Source: Candidatus Omnitrophota bacterium
GTDB taxonomy: Bacteria > Omnitrophota > Gorgyraeia > Pluralincolimonadales > Pluralincolimonadaceae
DNA: 64,000 nt
Reading direction: 5' to 3'
NCBI GenBank assembly: GCA_003141835.1
Contig: PLNR01000006.1
Span: 142,558 to 206,557, forward strand
Part shown: positions 18,374 to 26,492 of the stretch, piece after piece
How the letters are laid out: every line of letters starts with the position of its first letter
Position numbering within the stretch: position 1 is the first letter of the stretch
Position numbers and translations under genes: made by a program
Notes under the pieces: model-generated
The model's input: only the letters and a program-made list of their open reading frames with translations
The model's database searches: none
Told to the model about the DNA's origin: nothing

Positions 18374-19516
18374 CTAAACCTTTTCGTGGCTAAATTGGCG
18401 CAGATAATCACTGTACATAAACTTGCGATTGCGCTCTTTTCCGGTTATTTCATATAATATGTCTGCCTTAACAAACTTTTCTATCAACTGAAGGATATTC
18501 GCTTTAGAGGATATTCCGGTAATCCGCGAGGCAATCCCTGAATCTACTATAGGGGTTGAATATAGTTTGTTTAACAGTTTTAAGGCTGTTGCGGAATTTC
18601 TGCCCATGCCGGAAACCTTCCTGATGTGCTCCTCCCTTAATTTTGTGATCTTTTGGGCAGTTATCACGGCTTCCTCAGAAACTTCGCGTACGCCTACAAG
18701 AAAATATTTTAGCCAATCTTCTATACCTTTATTAAACCTATATCCGTTTAATTTATCGTAATAATTTGTACGGTGTTTTTTAAAATACTCCGAAATATAC
18801 AAAAGTGGCCGGGACAGCACCTGTTCTTTGTAAAGATAAAAAGTAATCAAGAGTCTCCCCATCCTTCCGTTACCGTCAAGGAACGGATGGATGGTTTCAA
18901 ATTGAGCGTGTATAATGCCGGCTTTTATTAAAGGCGGAAGTTTCGTGGTTTCATCGTGCAAGAACTTTTCCAGATCAGACAAAGATTCATGCATTTGGTG
19001 AGCGGGCGGAGGAACAAAAAAAGCTGTTTCTATAGTAGGGCCTCCTATCCAATTTTGGGAAGTCCTGAATTCCCCCGGATTTCTGTGCTGCCCACGCACT
19101 CCTTTAAGCAAGGCGGAATGCATTTCTCTTATCAAACGCCAGGAGAGAGGAAAGGTCTTTAGCCTTTCTATGCCATGATCCATTGCGGTTATGTAGTTTT
19201 TTATCTCATCGACATCCGAAGGGGAATCCTTATCCTTTAGTTTCGCCTCCGCTTTTATGTAATCGATGAATGTCGCCTGAGTACCTTCTATCTGGCTTGA
19301 TAACGCGGCTTCTTTCGTAACGTACATGTAGATAAAGAAATTAACGTCGGGGACAAGCTGGTCTATGGCATTGAGACTACCTATAGCGCGATCTGCCTTT
19401 GAGAGAAGCATGATTAAATTGTCATCCCAGTTTATGAGATGCTCAGGTGGAAATTTTGCCGGTATAAACGCCTTGTAACCTGTAGGTTGCTGTTGATAAA
19501 AACCTATTTTTCCCAT
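18374..19516 (-). CDS. Fic family protein (N-terminal inhibitory motif, C-terminal wHTH)
   Basis: HPFLDGNGRMGR catalytic motif; SSQIEG inhibitory motif. Confidence 0.93.
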   Translation of the reverse strand: MGKIGFYQQQPTGYKAFIPAKFPPEHLINWDDNLIMLLSKADRAIGSLNAIDQLVPDVNFFIYMYVTKEAALSSQIEGTQATFIDYIKAEAKLKDKDSPSDVDEIKNYITAMDHGIERLKTFPLSWRLIREMHSALLKGVRGQHRNPGEFRTSQNWIGGPTIETAFFVPPPAHQMHESLSDLEKFLHDETTKLPPLIKAGIIHAQFETIHPFLDGNGRMGRLLITFYLYKEQVLSRPLLYISEYFKKHRTNYYDKLNGYRFNKGIEDWLKYFLVGVREVSEEAVITAQKITKLREEHIRKVSGMGRNSATALKLLNKLYSTPIVDSGIASRITGISSKANILQLIEKFVKADILYEITGKERNRKFMYSDYLRQFSHEKV

Positions 19517-19525
19517 TTCATCCTC

Positions 19526-19682
19526 CCAGAACTACTGTTTTGGTTAGTTCTGGATAAGTAGTATATCCGATACTTACGCAATATGCAAGTTTTAATTTCA
19601 ATGATTCCAACGTGTTAGAGTAGCTCAATAATTAGTTCTGGTTAATGCCATTATCCAGAACTTGATATTTTCTAAGTTCTGG
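19526..19682 (-). promoter_or_regulatory. Fic promoter (TTGCAT-N17-TATACT) bracketed by two 9-10-9 inverted-repeat operators and a half-site
   Basis: CCAGAACTA-N10-TAGTTCTGG (19526-19553), CCAGAACTT-N10-AAGTTCTGG (19655-19682), AGTTCTGG (19634-19641). Confidence 0.7.
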
Positions 19683-19688
19683 CTACAG

Positions 19689-22600
19689 TTACCCCCAGCA
19701 GATATCGTAAAAATCGCATTTATTGTTGCCCTGGCCGCATTTGCCGGGTTTCTCGTCGATCTCCGGCAGTTTGGCGAAGTCGAGCTTCCTGATGCGGCGG
19801 CTAACGTCCTTTATGAGCGACTCGAGCTCGGCGACCATATCCTCGGTCAGCTCGACCTTCTTCTTGACGAATTCGCCTTCCTTGAGGTCGTGCTTTATGA
19901 CCGTCTCTTTAGCCGGGTCGAGGAAGACGAGCACCCCCTCCTTTACCTTGCGGCCCTGTGATTCCTTCTTGTCCCTGTCGAAGAGGAGTTTATACGCGAT
20001 GAGCTGGCGCAGGTACCCCTCGAACTCATCACTTGATACCGGTATCTTTTTCGCGAGAGAATTATTGATCCCTTTGACATGTCTATCCGGTTCACCCGTT
20101 TTATAATCTATCACACGAACGGCGGCGGTGCCCGCGGGTTCGGTTTTATCATATTTTCCGGTAAATTTCAGGTCGTCATCGAGCATGACCATCAGGTTTT
20201 TCTCGAGGCCGAGCGGCTTTATCGGCGCGCGTGATTCTTCCTTGAACCAGGCCTTGAACGTCTCGACCTGGCGCAGGCAGGCGGTCTTTATCGCCGCTTC
20301 CGGGGCTTCGTGGCTTAATTCCCTGGTGAACGCCTCCTTGAAGAACGCGAAATCCGGGAATTTGCCGGTCTTCATGAATTTATCATAGGTATTTTCCAGC
20401 GCCTTGTGGGTGCAGTTACCGAAGACGAGCGGCTGCTTCTTGCCCGACGGCAGCATCAGGGCGTTATCATAGAGATATTTGCGCGGGCAATTTATATAAT
20501 TGTTGAGCGATGTGGGGTTGAGCGAGATGCCGGCGACGAGGTCTTTCAATATCTTGTCGGTGCCGATGAACGGGTCTTCTGCGTCGGTTATCTCGAGCGC
20601 GGCTTTGAGCAGGTCCTCTTCTTTATTTGCGGAGGCCTCCCCATCGGCCACGCCCGTAAGATACGAGCTCGGGATCGCGCTCTCGGTCGGGCTGGCGGTG
20701 TAGATGAGGTTCGCCTTGGCGCGCGTCGAGGCGACGTAGAACAGGCGCGTCTCGTCGTAATAATCGAGTTGCTTTAAGATATCCTTGTCGGGCGGGATCT
20801 CCTTCGACTTGTAGACCTCGGGCGGGAGCGGGATCGAGACGCCCTGCGGCCGCTTCGGCCAGCGCTTCTTTTCGAGGCAGAACGGGATGAATACCGTGTG
20901 GAATTCGAGGCCTTTCGAGCCGTGGGCCGTGTAGATGCGCACGCCTTCCTGCGTGGCCGTGACGAGCTCGCCCTTCAGGGACATGCCGTGGGCCTTGCGG
21001 GTCTCGAGCTCATCGATGAATTCCTTGAGCGTGATGCCCGGGCGCGCGATGTCGGATTCCTTGACCATGTTGACGAATGACGTTAGCGCGCGCAGGTCGC
21101 GGATGCGCAGGAGATCATTATCATCATATTTATCCAAGATGAACTTCAAAACCCCTGCATCTTTGATAAATTGCATCAAAATTGCATGCACTGGTCTACT
21201 TTCGGCTTCAAAAAGCAAAGCAGAAATCGAAGCTAAATTTGGGGACGTTTCAAAAAGGGACACTTCACCCACTGAAGTATTAGCAGGGGTGAAATGTAAC
21301 CCTTTTTGAAACGTCCCCAAGCGCATTAGCTCGCTGAACATCGAAATCGTCGGGGCTTCGCCCTTCTTGCGCTGGTCATATTTTTTCACCCGGACTTCGG
21401 CGATGAAGCGCAGGACGTCGCTCATCGGGATGTGCATGTAATCGGCGGTCAAAATGCGGTAGAGATAGGCGTCTTTCTGCTCTATATCGATGTCGGGCGT
21501 GTGCGCGAAATAGAGCACGTCGAGCATCTGGCGGACGCGCTTCTCGCCGGCGATGTCCTCCTTGCCGTCGGTTGCGTACGGGATACCGGCGCGCAGGAAA
21601 GTGTCGACTATTTTGAGGATATCGTCGCGCTGGCGCACGAGGACGGCGACTTCATCAAGCGGGACCTCCTCCTTCTTCGCGATCTCCTTTATGCGGCGCG
21701 CGATAAAGAGCAACTCCTCGGTCTCGGTCGTGAATTCGTCATATTCGATGGTCTTTTTCTTGAAATCTGTCTCCGGCGCGAGTTCTTTGGCGTGGACGCG
21801 CTCTTTAACCGGAAGGTTATTTATTATGCGGCCTGCGAGCGAGATTATCTCTTTTGTCGAGCGGTAGTTCTTTTCGAGCGGGATCTCTTTTAATTTCGGA
21901 AATCTCTTCTTTAGTTCGCGGAAATTCGCTACCGACGCCCCCTGGAACCTAAAAATAGATTGGTCGTCGTCCCCTACGCAGCAAATATTCGTGCCGCCTA
22001 GCTCGAATAATAAGTCCATCTGCGCGCCGTTGGTGTCCTGGAACTCATCAACCATGATGTAGGTGTACTGCTTCTGGAGGGCGGATTTGAGCTCCGGTTC
22101 ATTGCGGATCGCCTCGACCGCGAAAAGTATCATATCATCGTAATCGTAGCGGCCCCGGTCATCGAAAAGTGCCTTATTTTTGCCCGCTTTGTACTCTTCA
22201 TACAGCTTATATACGGTGGCGAGGGCCTTGAGACGTTCTATGTGCTTTTCTTCAATGTAGGCGCCGTCAGGCTCGGTTTTTTCTATTATCTCAGCGAACT
22301 GCGCCGGCGAAACACCTTCGCGCTTAAGCTCGGTTATCCGCTGGCTTATCTCGCGCTCAAAAGCGTACGGCGCGCGGAACGGCCGGATCTTATCGATGCC
22401 GTCAGTATTATCCAAAATATATTCGAGGAGCTTTATCTGCTCGATATCGGTTATCTGGACGCGTTCCTGGATGTATTCGGCCGCCTCTTCGGACTCCAAC
22501 ACGACAGAATTCGCGAAACTGTGGAATGTCGCCGTTTCAATATTGTAAGCGGCGGCTCCAAGGAGTTTCACGAGGCGCTCTTTCATCGCCTTCGCGGCGG

Positions 22601-22775
22601 CATTCGTGTATGTTAGGATGAGGATATTCTCGGGGCGGGCCTTCTTTGCCTTAATTATGTTCGCCGCGCGGACGGAAAGCAGCTCGGTCTTGCCTGTTCC
22701 GGGTCCGGCTAGGACTAAAACGGGGCCATCGAGGGTCTCGGCGGCTAATTTTTGCTTGGTATTCAGATTGATCAT
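19689..22775 (-). CDS. UvrD/PcrA-like SF1 helicase fused to a C-terminal PD-(D/E)XK nuclease with Fe-S-type cysteines (AdnA/B- or AddA-like)
   Basis: AGPGTGKT, VDEFQD, VGDDDQSIF, NYRS, HGSKGLEF, RLFYVASTRA; CPRKY..GKYD..IDYKTG..C-x6-C-x5-C; start set at MINLN. Confidence 0.92.
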   Translation of the reverse strand: MINLNTKQKLAAETLDGPVLVLAGPGTGKTELLSVRAANIIKAKKARPENILILTYTNAAAKAMKERLVKLLGAAAYNIETATFHSFANSVVLESEEAAEYIQERVQITDIEQIKLLEYILDNTDGIDKIRPFRAPYAFEREISQRITELKREGVSPAQFAEIIEKTEPDGAYIEEKHIERLKALATVYKLYEEYKAGKNKALFDDRGRYDYDDMILFAVEAIRNEPELKSALQKQYTYIMVDEFQDTNGAQMDLLFELGGTNICCVGDDDQSIFRFQGASVANFRELKKRFPKLKEIPLEKNYRSTKEIISLAGRIINNLPVKERVHAKELAPETDFKKKTIEYDEFTTETEELLFIARRIKEIAKKEEVPLDEVAVLVRQRDDILKIVDTFLRAGIPYATDGKEDIAGEKRVRQMLDVLYFAHTPDIDIEQKDAYLYRILTADYMHIPMSDVLRFIAEVRVKKYDQRKKGEAPTISMFSELMRLGTFQKGLHFTPANTSVGEVSLFETSPNLASISALLFEAESRPVHAILMQFIKDAGVLKFILDKYDDNDLLRIRDLRALTSFVNMVKESDIARPGITLKEFIDELETRKAHGMSLKGELVTATQEGVRIYTAHGSKGLEFHTVFIPFCLEKKRWPKRPQGVSIPLPPEVYKSKEIPPDKDILKQLDYYDETRLFYVASTRAKANLIYTASPTESAIPSSYLTGVADGEASANKEEDLLKAALEITDAEDPFIGTDKILKDLVAGISLNPTSLNNYINCPRKYLYDNALMLPSGKKQPLVFGNCTHKALENTYDKFMKTGKFPDFAFFKEAFTRELSHEAPEAAIKTACLRQVETFKAWFKEESRAPIKPLGLEKNLMVMLDDDLKFTGKYDKTEPAGTAAVRVIDYKTGEPDRHVKGINNSLAKKIPVSSDEFEGYLRQLIAYKLLFDRDKKESQGRKVKEGVLVFLDPAKETVIKHDLKEGEFVKKKVELTEDMVAELESLIKDVSRRIRKLDFAKLPEIDEKPGKCGQGNNKCDFYDICWG
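21239..21320. repeat. 82-bp palindromic element inserted in frame in the helicase
   Basis: Perfect 21-bp arms TTGGGGACGTTTCAAAAAGGG / CCCTTTTTGAAACGTCCCCAA plus an inner stem TTCACCC/GGGTGAA. Confidence 0.9.
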
Positions 22776-22822
22776 ATTTATGCTATAATTGGATGGTATA
22801 ATTATACCCCAAGGAGGACGCA

Positions 22823-23155
22823 ATGAAAACTGCTATTATTATGTTATCTGTTCTCTCTTTTACCCTTTTCGTGAGCCCGGCAACGGTCAAGGCCGAAGGC
22901 ACCAGCGGCACGCTCGCCGCGCAGGTAGATACGGTCACTGTGGCACAGACCGAGGGCGAGGATTCCACCGTTTCAGTTGTAGATGAATCCGGCGTCACGA
23001 TACTCTTTTATGTGACAGCCGCAACCGTCATCTCCGGCCCGATAGGCGAGCCGATAAGCCTCGGCAATATCAACCAGAACGACCCGGTCGAGATAGAATA
23101 CGATAATCTCGAGGGCGGGGTCGGGCTGGCGAAGTCAATAAAACTAACAGAGTAA
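22823..23155 (+). CDS. Small secreted beta-barrel/OB-fold-like protein (DUF5666-like)
   Basis: Signal peptide; INQNDPVEIEY..AKSIKL; RBS AAGGAGG. Confidence 0.7.
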   Translation: MKTAIIMLSVLSFTLFVSPATVKAEGTSGTLAAQVDTVTVAQTEGEDSTVSVVDESGVTILFYVTAATVISGPIGEPISLGNINQNDPVEIEYDNLEGGVGLAKSIKLTE

Positions 23156-23160
23156 ATATA

Positions 23161-23210
23161 GGGTGTCCCCCACTGAGGTGGGACCTTGCCCCAATGGGAC
23201 GTCCCCCAGG
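23161..23210. repeat. Short palindromic repeat, copy B, with a 21-nt internal insertion
   Basis: GGGTGTCCCCCA[CTGAGGTGGGACCTTGCCCCA]ATGGGACGTCCCCCAGG. Confidence 0.85.
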
Positions 23211-23215
23211 AAAAA

Positions 23216-23896
23216 ATGCGCATACTTGTAGTCGAAGACGAAAAAAAGATAGCAAATTTCATAAAACGCGGCCTGAAGGAAGAGGGCTACGCTGTCGACG
23301 CGGCTGAAGACGGCGAGCAGGGATATTTTATGGCCACAACGCAGGATTACGACCTCATCGTCCTCGACCTGATGCTGCCGAAGATGGATGGCCTCACCCT
23401 TTGCAGGAAGTTGCACGAAATGGGGTGTCCCCCAATGGGACGTCCCCCAGTATTGATACTCACGGCCAAGGACACGGTAAAAGACAAGGTCTCCGGCCTC
23501 GACTCCGGCGCGGACGATTACATCACCAAGCCGTTCGCTTTCGAGGAGTTCCTGGCGCGGGTGCGGGCGCTTTTGCGCAAACGCGAAGGCAGTGCGTCGA
23601 CGAAACTCACGGCCGGCGAACTCACGCTCGACCTCGTCACGCACAAGGTATCGCGCGGCGGCAAAGAGATCGAGCTTACGGCCAAGGAATACGCGCTCCT
23701 TGAATATTTCATGCGCAACGCCGGCACGTGCGTCACCAGGACGATGATATCCGAGCACGTCTGGGACATGAATTTCGATAGTTTTACAAACGTCATAGAC
23801 GTCTATGTGAACTATCTACGAAAAAAACTGGACAACGGCCCCGGCAAAAAACTCATCCAGACCGTCCGCGGCAGGGGTTATATCCTCAAAGGTTAA
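23216..23896 (+). CDS. OmpR-family response regulator (CusR/CopR-like)
   Basis: MRILVVEDE, LDLMLP, GADDYITKPF, FDSFTNVIDVYVNYLRKK, TVRGRGY. Confidence 0.93.
   Translation: MRILVVEDEKKIANFIKRGLKEEGYAVDAAEDGEQGYFMATTQDYDLIVLDLMLPKMDGLTLCRKLHEMGCPPMGRPPVLILTAKDTVKDKVSGLDSGADDYITKPFAFEEFLARVRALLRKREGSASTKLTAGELTLDLVTHKVSRGGKEIELTAKEYALLEYFMRNAGTCVTRTMISEHVWDMNFDSFTNVIDVYVNYLRKKLDNGPGKKLIQTVRGRGYILKG
23422..23450. repeat. Short palindromic repeat, copy C, in frame in the receiver domain (encodes GCPPMGRPP)
   Basis: GGGGTGTCCCCCAATGGGACGTCCCCCAG. Confidence 0.9.
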
Positions 23897-23897
23897 T

Positions 23898-25247
23898 ATG
23901 AATATCAAGTCTATCCGCGTCAAACTGATCCTCTGGTACATGATGTTGCTCGCGCTGACTCTTATATTCTTCAGCGTGCTTCTCTACAACATCTTCAGCG
24001 GCAGCATAAGAAGCAGCGCCGACGCCCTCCTGCGGTCGAGGGCCGAGGGCATCGCGAACTCTATAGACACCTATTGGGAGACCGAGCGGCTCGAGGCGAT
24101 AAAAGACGGCGTTGTCATCGAGGAATTCAGCAAGATAGACAACATCAATTTCGCCAAGGTAGCCCAGCGCTGGGTCGAGGAAAAAAGCAACGACCCCCAG
24201 CTCATAGGGACTATCGTCCAGATATACGACGCCGACGGGAACCGCATCGCGTATTCAAAGAACATCCCGAAGATATCCATCCTTTCGCAAAAGACTTTTG
24301 CTCACATCCTCAAGGGAAAGGGCATATTTGAAAAAATAGATATTGACCTGCCGGGAAGCAAGCCGGTAGACCTGAGGACACTCACGATGCCGGTGATGGA
24401 AAATCACAAGGTCGCCTATATCGTGCAGGTGGCAAGGCCCCTTGCCCTGGTGACCTCGGCGCGGCAGAATTTGAAGTTCCTCCTCTTCATCCTCCTCCCC
24501 CTGACCGTCCTCCTGACCGGGTTGATCGGGTCGATACTGGCGAAATTCGCCAACCTGGAACGGTCATTCATGATGCAGAAGCAATTCATCGAGGACCTTT
24601 CGCACGAATTGAAGACCCCTCTCTCCGTTTTAAAGGGCGAGATGGAGGTCACATTAAAGAAGTTGCGCTCGCCCGAGGATTACGAGTCGATATTAAAGAG
24701 CGGCCTCGATGAGACGAATACCCTCATCCGGATCGTCGAGAACCTTTTGATGCTGGCGAGGTTCGACAGCAATGCTATCCCGCTTGAAATGAAGACGCTC
24801 GATGCCGCGGAAATAATACGTAACGCCGCGCGTGATGTCAAAGTCCTCGCCGACCAGAAAAATATAACCATATCCCTACCCCCGGCCGCGGTGGCCGGAG
24901 CCACGAAAATAAAAGGCGACGAAGGCCAGATACGCCGGCTCTTTTTGAACCTGTTCGACAACGCCGTCAAATACACCCCTGAGGGGGGAAGCGTGACGGT
25001 GGATATCGCCGAAGACCATCCTTACGTGAAGATCTCGGTTACCGACACGGGCGTGGGCATCCCCCCTGCCGAGCTGCCGCATATATTCGACAGATTCTTC
25101 CGCGTAGACAAATCCCGCGGGTCGGTCGGCTTCGGCCTGGGGCTAAGCATATCGAAAGCCATCGCAGAAGCGCACAAGGGCCGCATCGAAGTTAAGAGCG
25201 AGCCGGGCCGCGGCGCCACATTCACGGTATTCATTAGAAATTTTTAA
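23898..25247 (+). CDS. Sensor histidine kinase (2 TM, periplasmic domain, no HAMP linker)
   Basis: SHELKTPL, NLFDNAVKY, DTGVG, FDRFFR, GFGLGL. Confidence 0.92.
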   Translation: MNIKSIRVKLILWYMMLLALTLIFFSVLLYNIFSGSIRSSADALLRSRAEGIANSIDTYWETERLEAIKDGVVIEEFSKIDNINFAKVAQRWVEEKSNDPQLIGTIVQIYDADGNRIAYSKNIPKISILSQKTFAHILKGKGIFEKIDIDLPGSKPVDLRTLTMPVMENHKVAYIVQVARPLALVTSARQNLKFLLFILLPLTVLLTGLIGSILAKFANLERSFMMQKQFIEDLSHELKTPLSVLKGEMEVTLKKLRSPEDYESILKSGLDETNTLIRIVENLLMLARFDSNAIPLEMKTLDAAEIIRNAARDVKVLADQKNITISLPPAAVAGATKIKGDEGQIRRLFLNLFDNAVKYTPEGGSVTVDIAEDHPYVKISVTDTGVGIPPAELPHIFDRFFRVDKSRGSVGFGLGLSISKAIAEAHKGRIEVKSEPGRGATFTVFIRNF

Positions 25248-25287
25248 TCATCTACTAATGATGGTTTAACCGCCGTTATTGTATACT
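25244..25287 (+). promoter_or_regulatory. Three 11-bp-phased direct repeats (TTAATC/CTAATG/TTAACC) upstream of a TATACT -10 box; probable OmpR-family binding site
   Basis: TAAY at 25245, 25256 and 25267; -10 at 25282-25287. Confidence 0.55.
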
Positions 25288-25321
25288 TCCTCCTAGATAC
25301 AATAAAAAGGAGGTGAAACAA

Positions 25322-25636
25322 ATGAAGAAGATAGCGATCCTGTTGGTAGCATTGATGTCTCTTGGCATGATATCCGGGACGGTAATGGCGGCAGATACGA
25401 AAGCTGCGGATACAGCGAAGGCCGGCATGGAGACTATAAAGGGCAAAATAACCTCGATCGACACGACAAAGAACGTAATCGTCCTCAAAGAAATGAAGAC
25501 GAAGGTAGAGAAGACCATAACGGTCGATCCTAAGGTCATCGCAACACTGAAGGTCGGCGACGCGGTTAAGATCGAGTCGAAGACAGGCAGCAACGTGGCT
25601 GATAGCGTTAAAGTTGTACCCCCGAAGAAGAAGTAA
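25322..25636 (+). CDS. Small secreted beta-barrel protein (paralogue family)
   Basis: Signal peptide; KGKITSID..LKVGDAVKI..ADSVKV; RBS AGGAGG. Confidence 0.75.
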   Translation: MKKIAILLVALMSLGMISGTVMAADTKAADTAKAGMETIKGKITSIDTTKNVIVLKEMKTKVEKTITVDPKVIATLKVGDAVKIESKTGSNVADSVKVVPPKKK

Positions 25637-25661
25637 GATATTCGGGATGGAAGGAGCGGGA

Positions 25662-26000
25662 ATGAAAAAGATAGTTTTAGCGGTATTGTTGATCGCAGTC
25701 ATGCTTTCTTTGACTGCCAACGCGATAGCGGCGAAAAAAGTCGAATCGGAGAACGTCGAGGGTAAGGTGACTTCCGTGATGTCAGCCGATCCGGCCAGAG
25801 GCATGAAACCGACGATCGCAGTCACCGATAAGAAGGGTGAAAGGACTTTATTCGAGATCACCCCCACCACCACTCTTTACGGGATCGATATGAAGCCGGT
25901 TACGTTAGAGGTAATAAAAAAGGGTGCCTCGGTTAAGGTAAAAGGCACCTCTATAGTAGAAGGCATCGGCTCAGCGACTTCGATAAGATTACTGAAATAG
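25662..26000 (+). CDS. Small secreted beta-barrel protein (paralogue family)
   Basis: Signal peptide; EGKVTSV..IKKGASVKVK..ATSIRL. Confidence 0.75.
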   Translation: MKKIVLAVLLIAVMLSLTANAIAAKKVESENVEGKVTSVMSADPARGMKPTIAVTDKKGERTLFEITPTTTLYGIDMKPVTLEVIKKGASVKVKGTSIVEGIGSATSIRLLK

Positions 26001-26012
26001 ATCCAAAGCAGT

Positions 26013-26069
26013 AAAGAGGACATCTGTAGTTTAAGAGGGCCACCCCCTCCAGGATGTCCTCTTTTTTTT
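26013..26069. terminator. Hairpin between convergent genes; probable bidirectional terminator
   Basis: AAAGAGGACATC..GATGTCCTCTTT followed by a T-run. Confidence 0.65.
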
Positions 26070-26451
26070 ACCGCAATACTGCGTTTATTTCGGGATTGCC
26101 GTGCAGGGTGTTGTGGACGGGGCAATTATTGATGAAGCGCATGAGGTTGTCCTTTTTTGCCTGGTCTAACGGCGCGTCTTTCAGGTCTATCACGACGTTT
26201 ATCTTCCTGAAACTCATTACCGGGGTCTTTTCGAGCTCGGCCTCGACGCTGATGCTGAATTCCTTGATCGGGAGCTTCATGTTATCGGCGTACCTGCGCA
26301 GGAAGACGCCCATGCACGAGCCCAAAGCCGCCAAAAGCGTCGGCAGCGGACCGAGGTTCTCTTTTTCGGCCATGTCTATCGTGGATTTCGCCTCACCCGA
26401 CGTCACATTAAACACGCTGCCCTCTTTGCATGAAATGTCGACTTTATACAT
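26068..26451 (-). CDS. OsmC family protein
   Basis: LLAALGSC..CPVHNTL. Confidence 0.85.
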   Translation of the reverse strand: MYKVDISCKEGSVFNVTSGEAKSTIDMAEKENLGPLPTLLAALGSCMGVFLRRYADNMKLPIKEFSISVEAELEKTPVMSFRKINVVIDLKDAPLDQAKKDNLMRFINNCPVHNTLHGNPEINAVLR

Positions 26452-26466
26452 GTTTTCCTCCGGAAT

Positions 26467-26492
26467 GGGGTGTCCCCCAATGGGACGTCCCC
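26467..26492. repeat. Short palindromic repeat, copy D, abutting the yhaM-like stop codon
   Basis: GGGGTGTCCCCCAATGGGACGTCCCC. Confidence 0.9.

Noticed and set aside
19526-19553. dif/Xer site or LexA box
   Set aside because: The length is 28 bp but it does not resemble XerC/XerD arms, and the spacing does not fit the SOS boxes I know.
1420-26492. CRISPR array made of the ~25-bp repeats
   Set aside because: Copies are dispersed, in both orientations, without regular spacers, and no cas genes are present.
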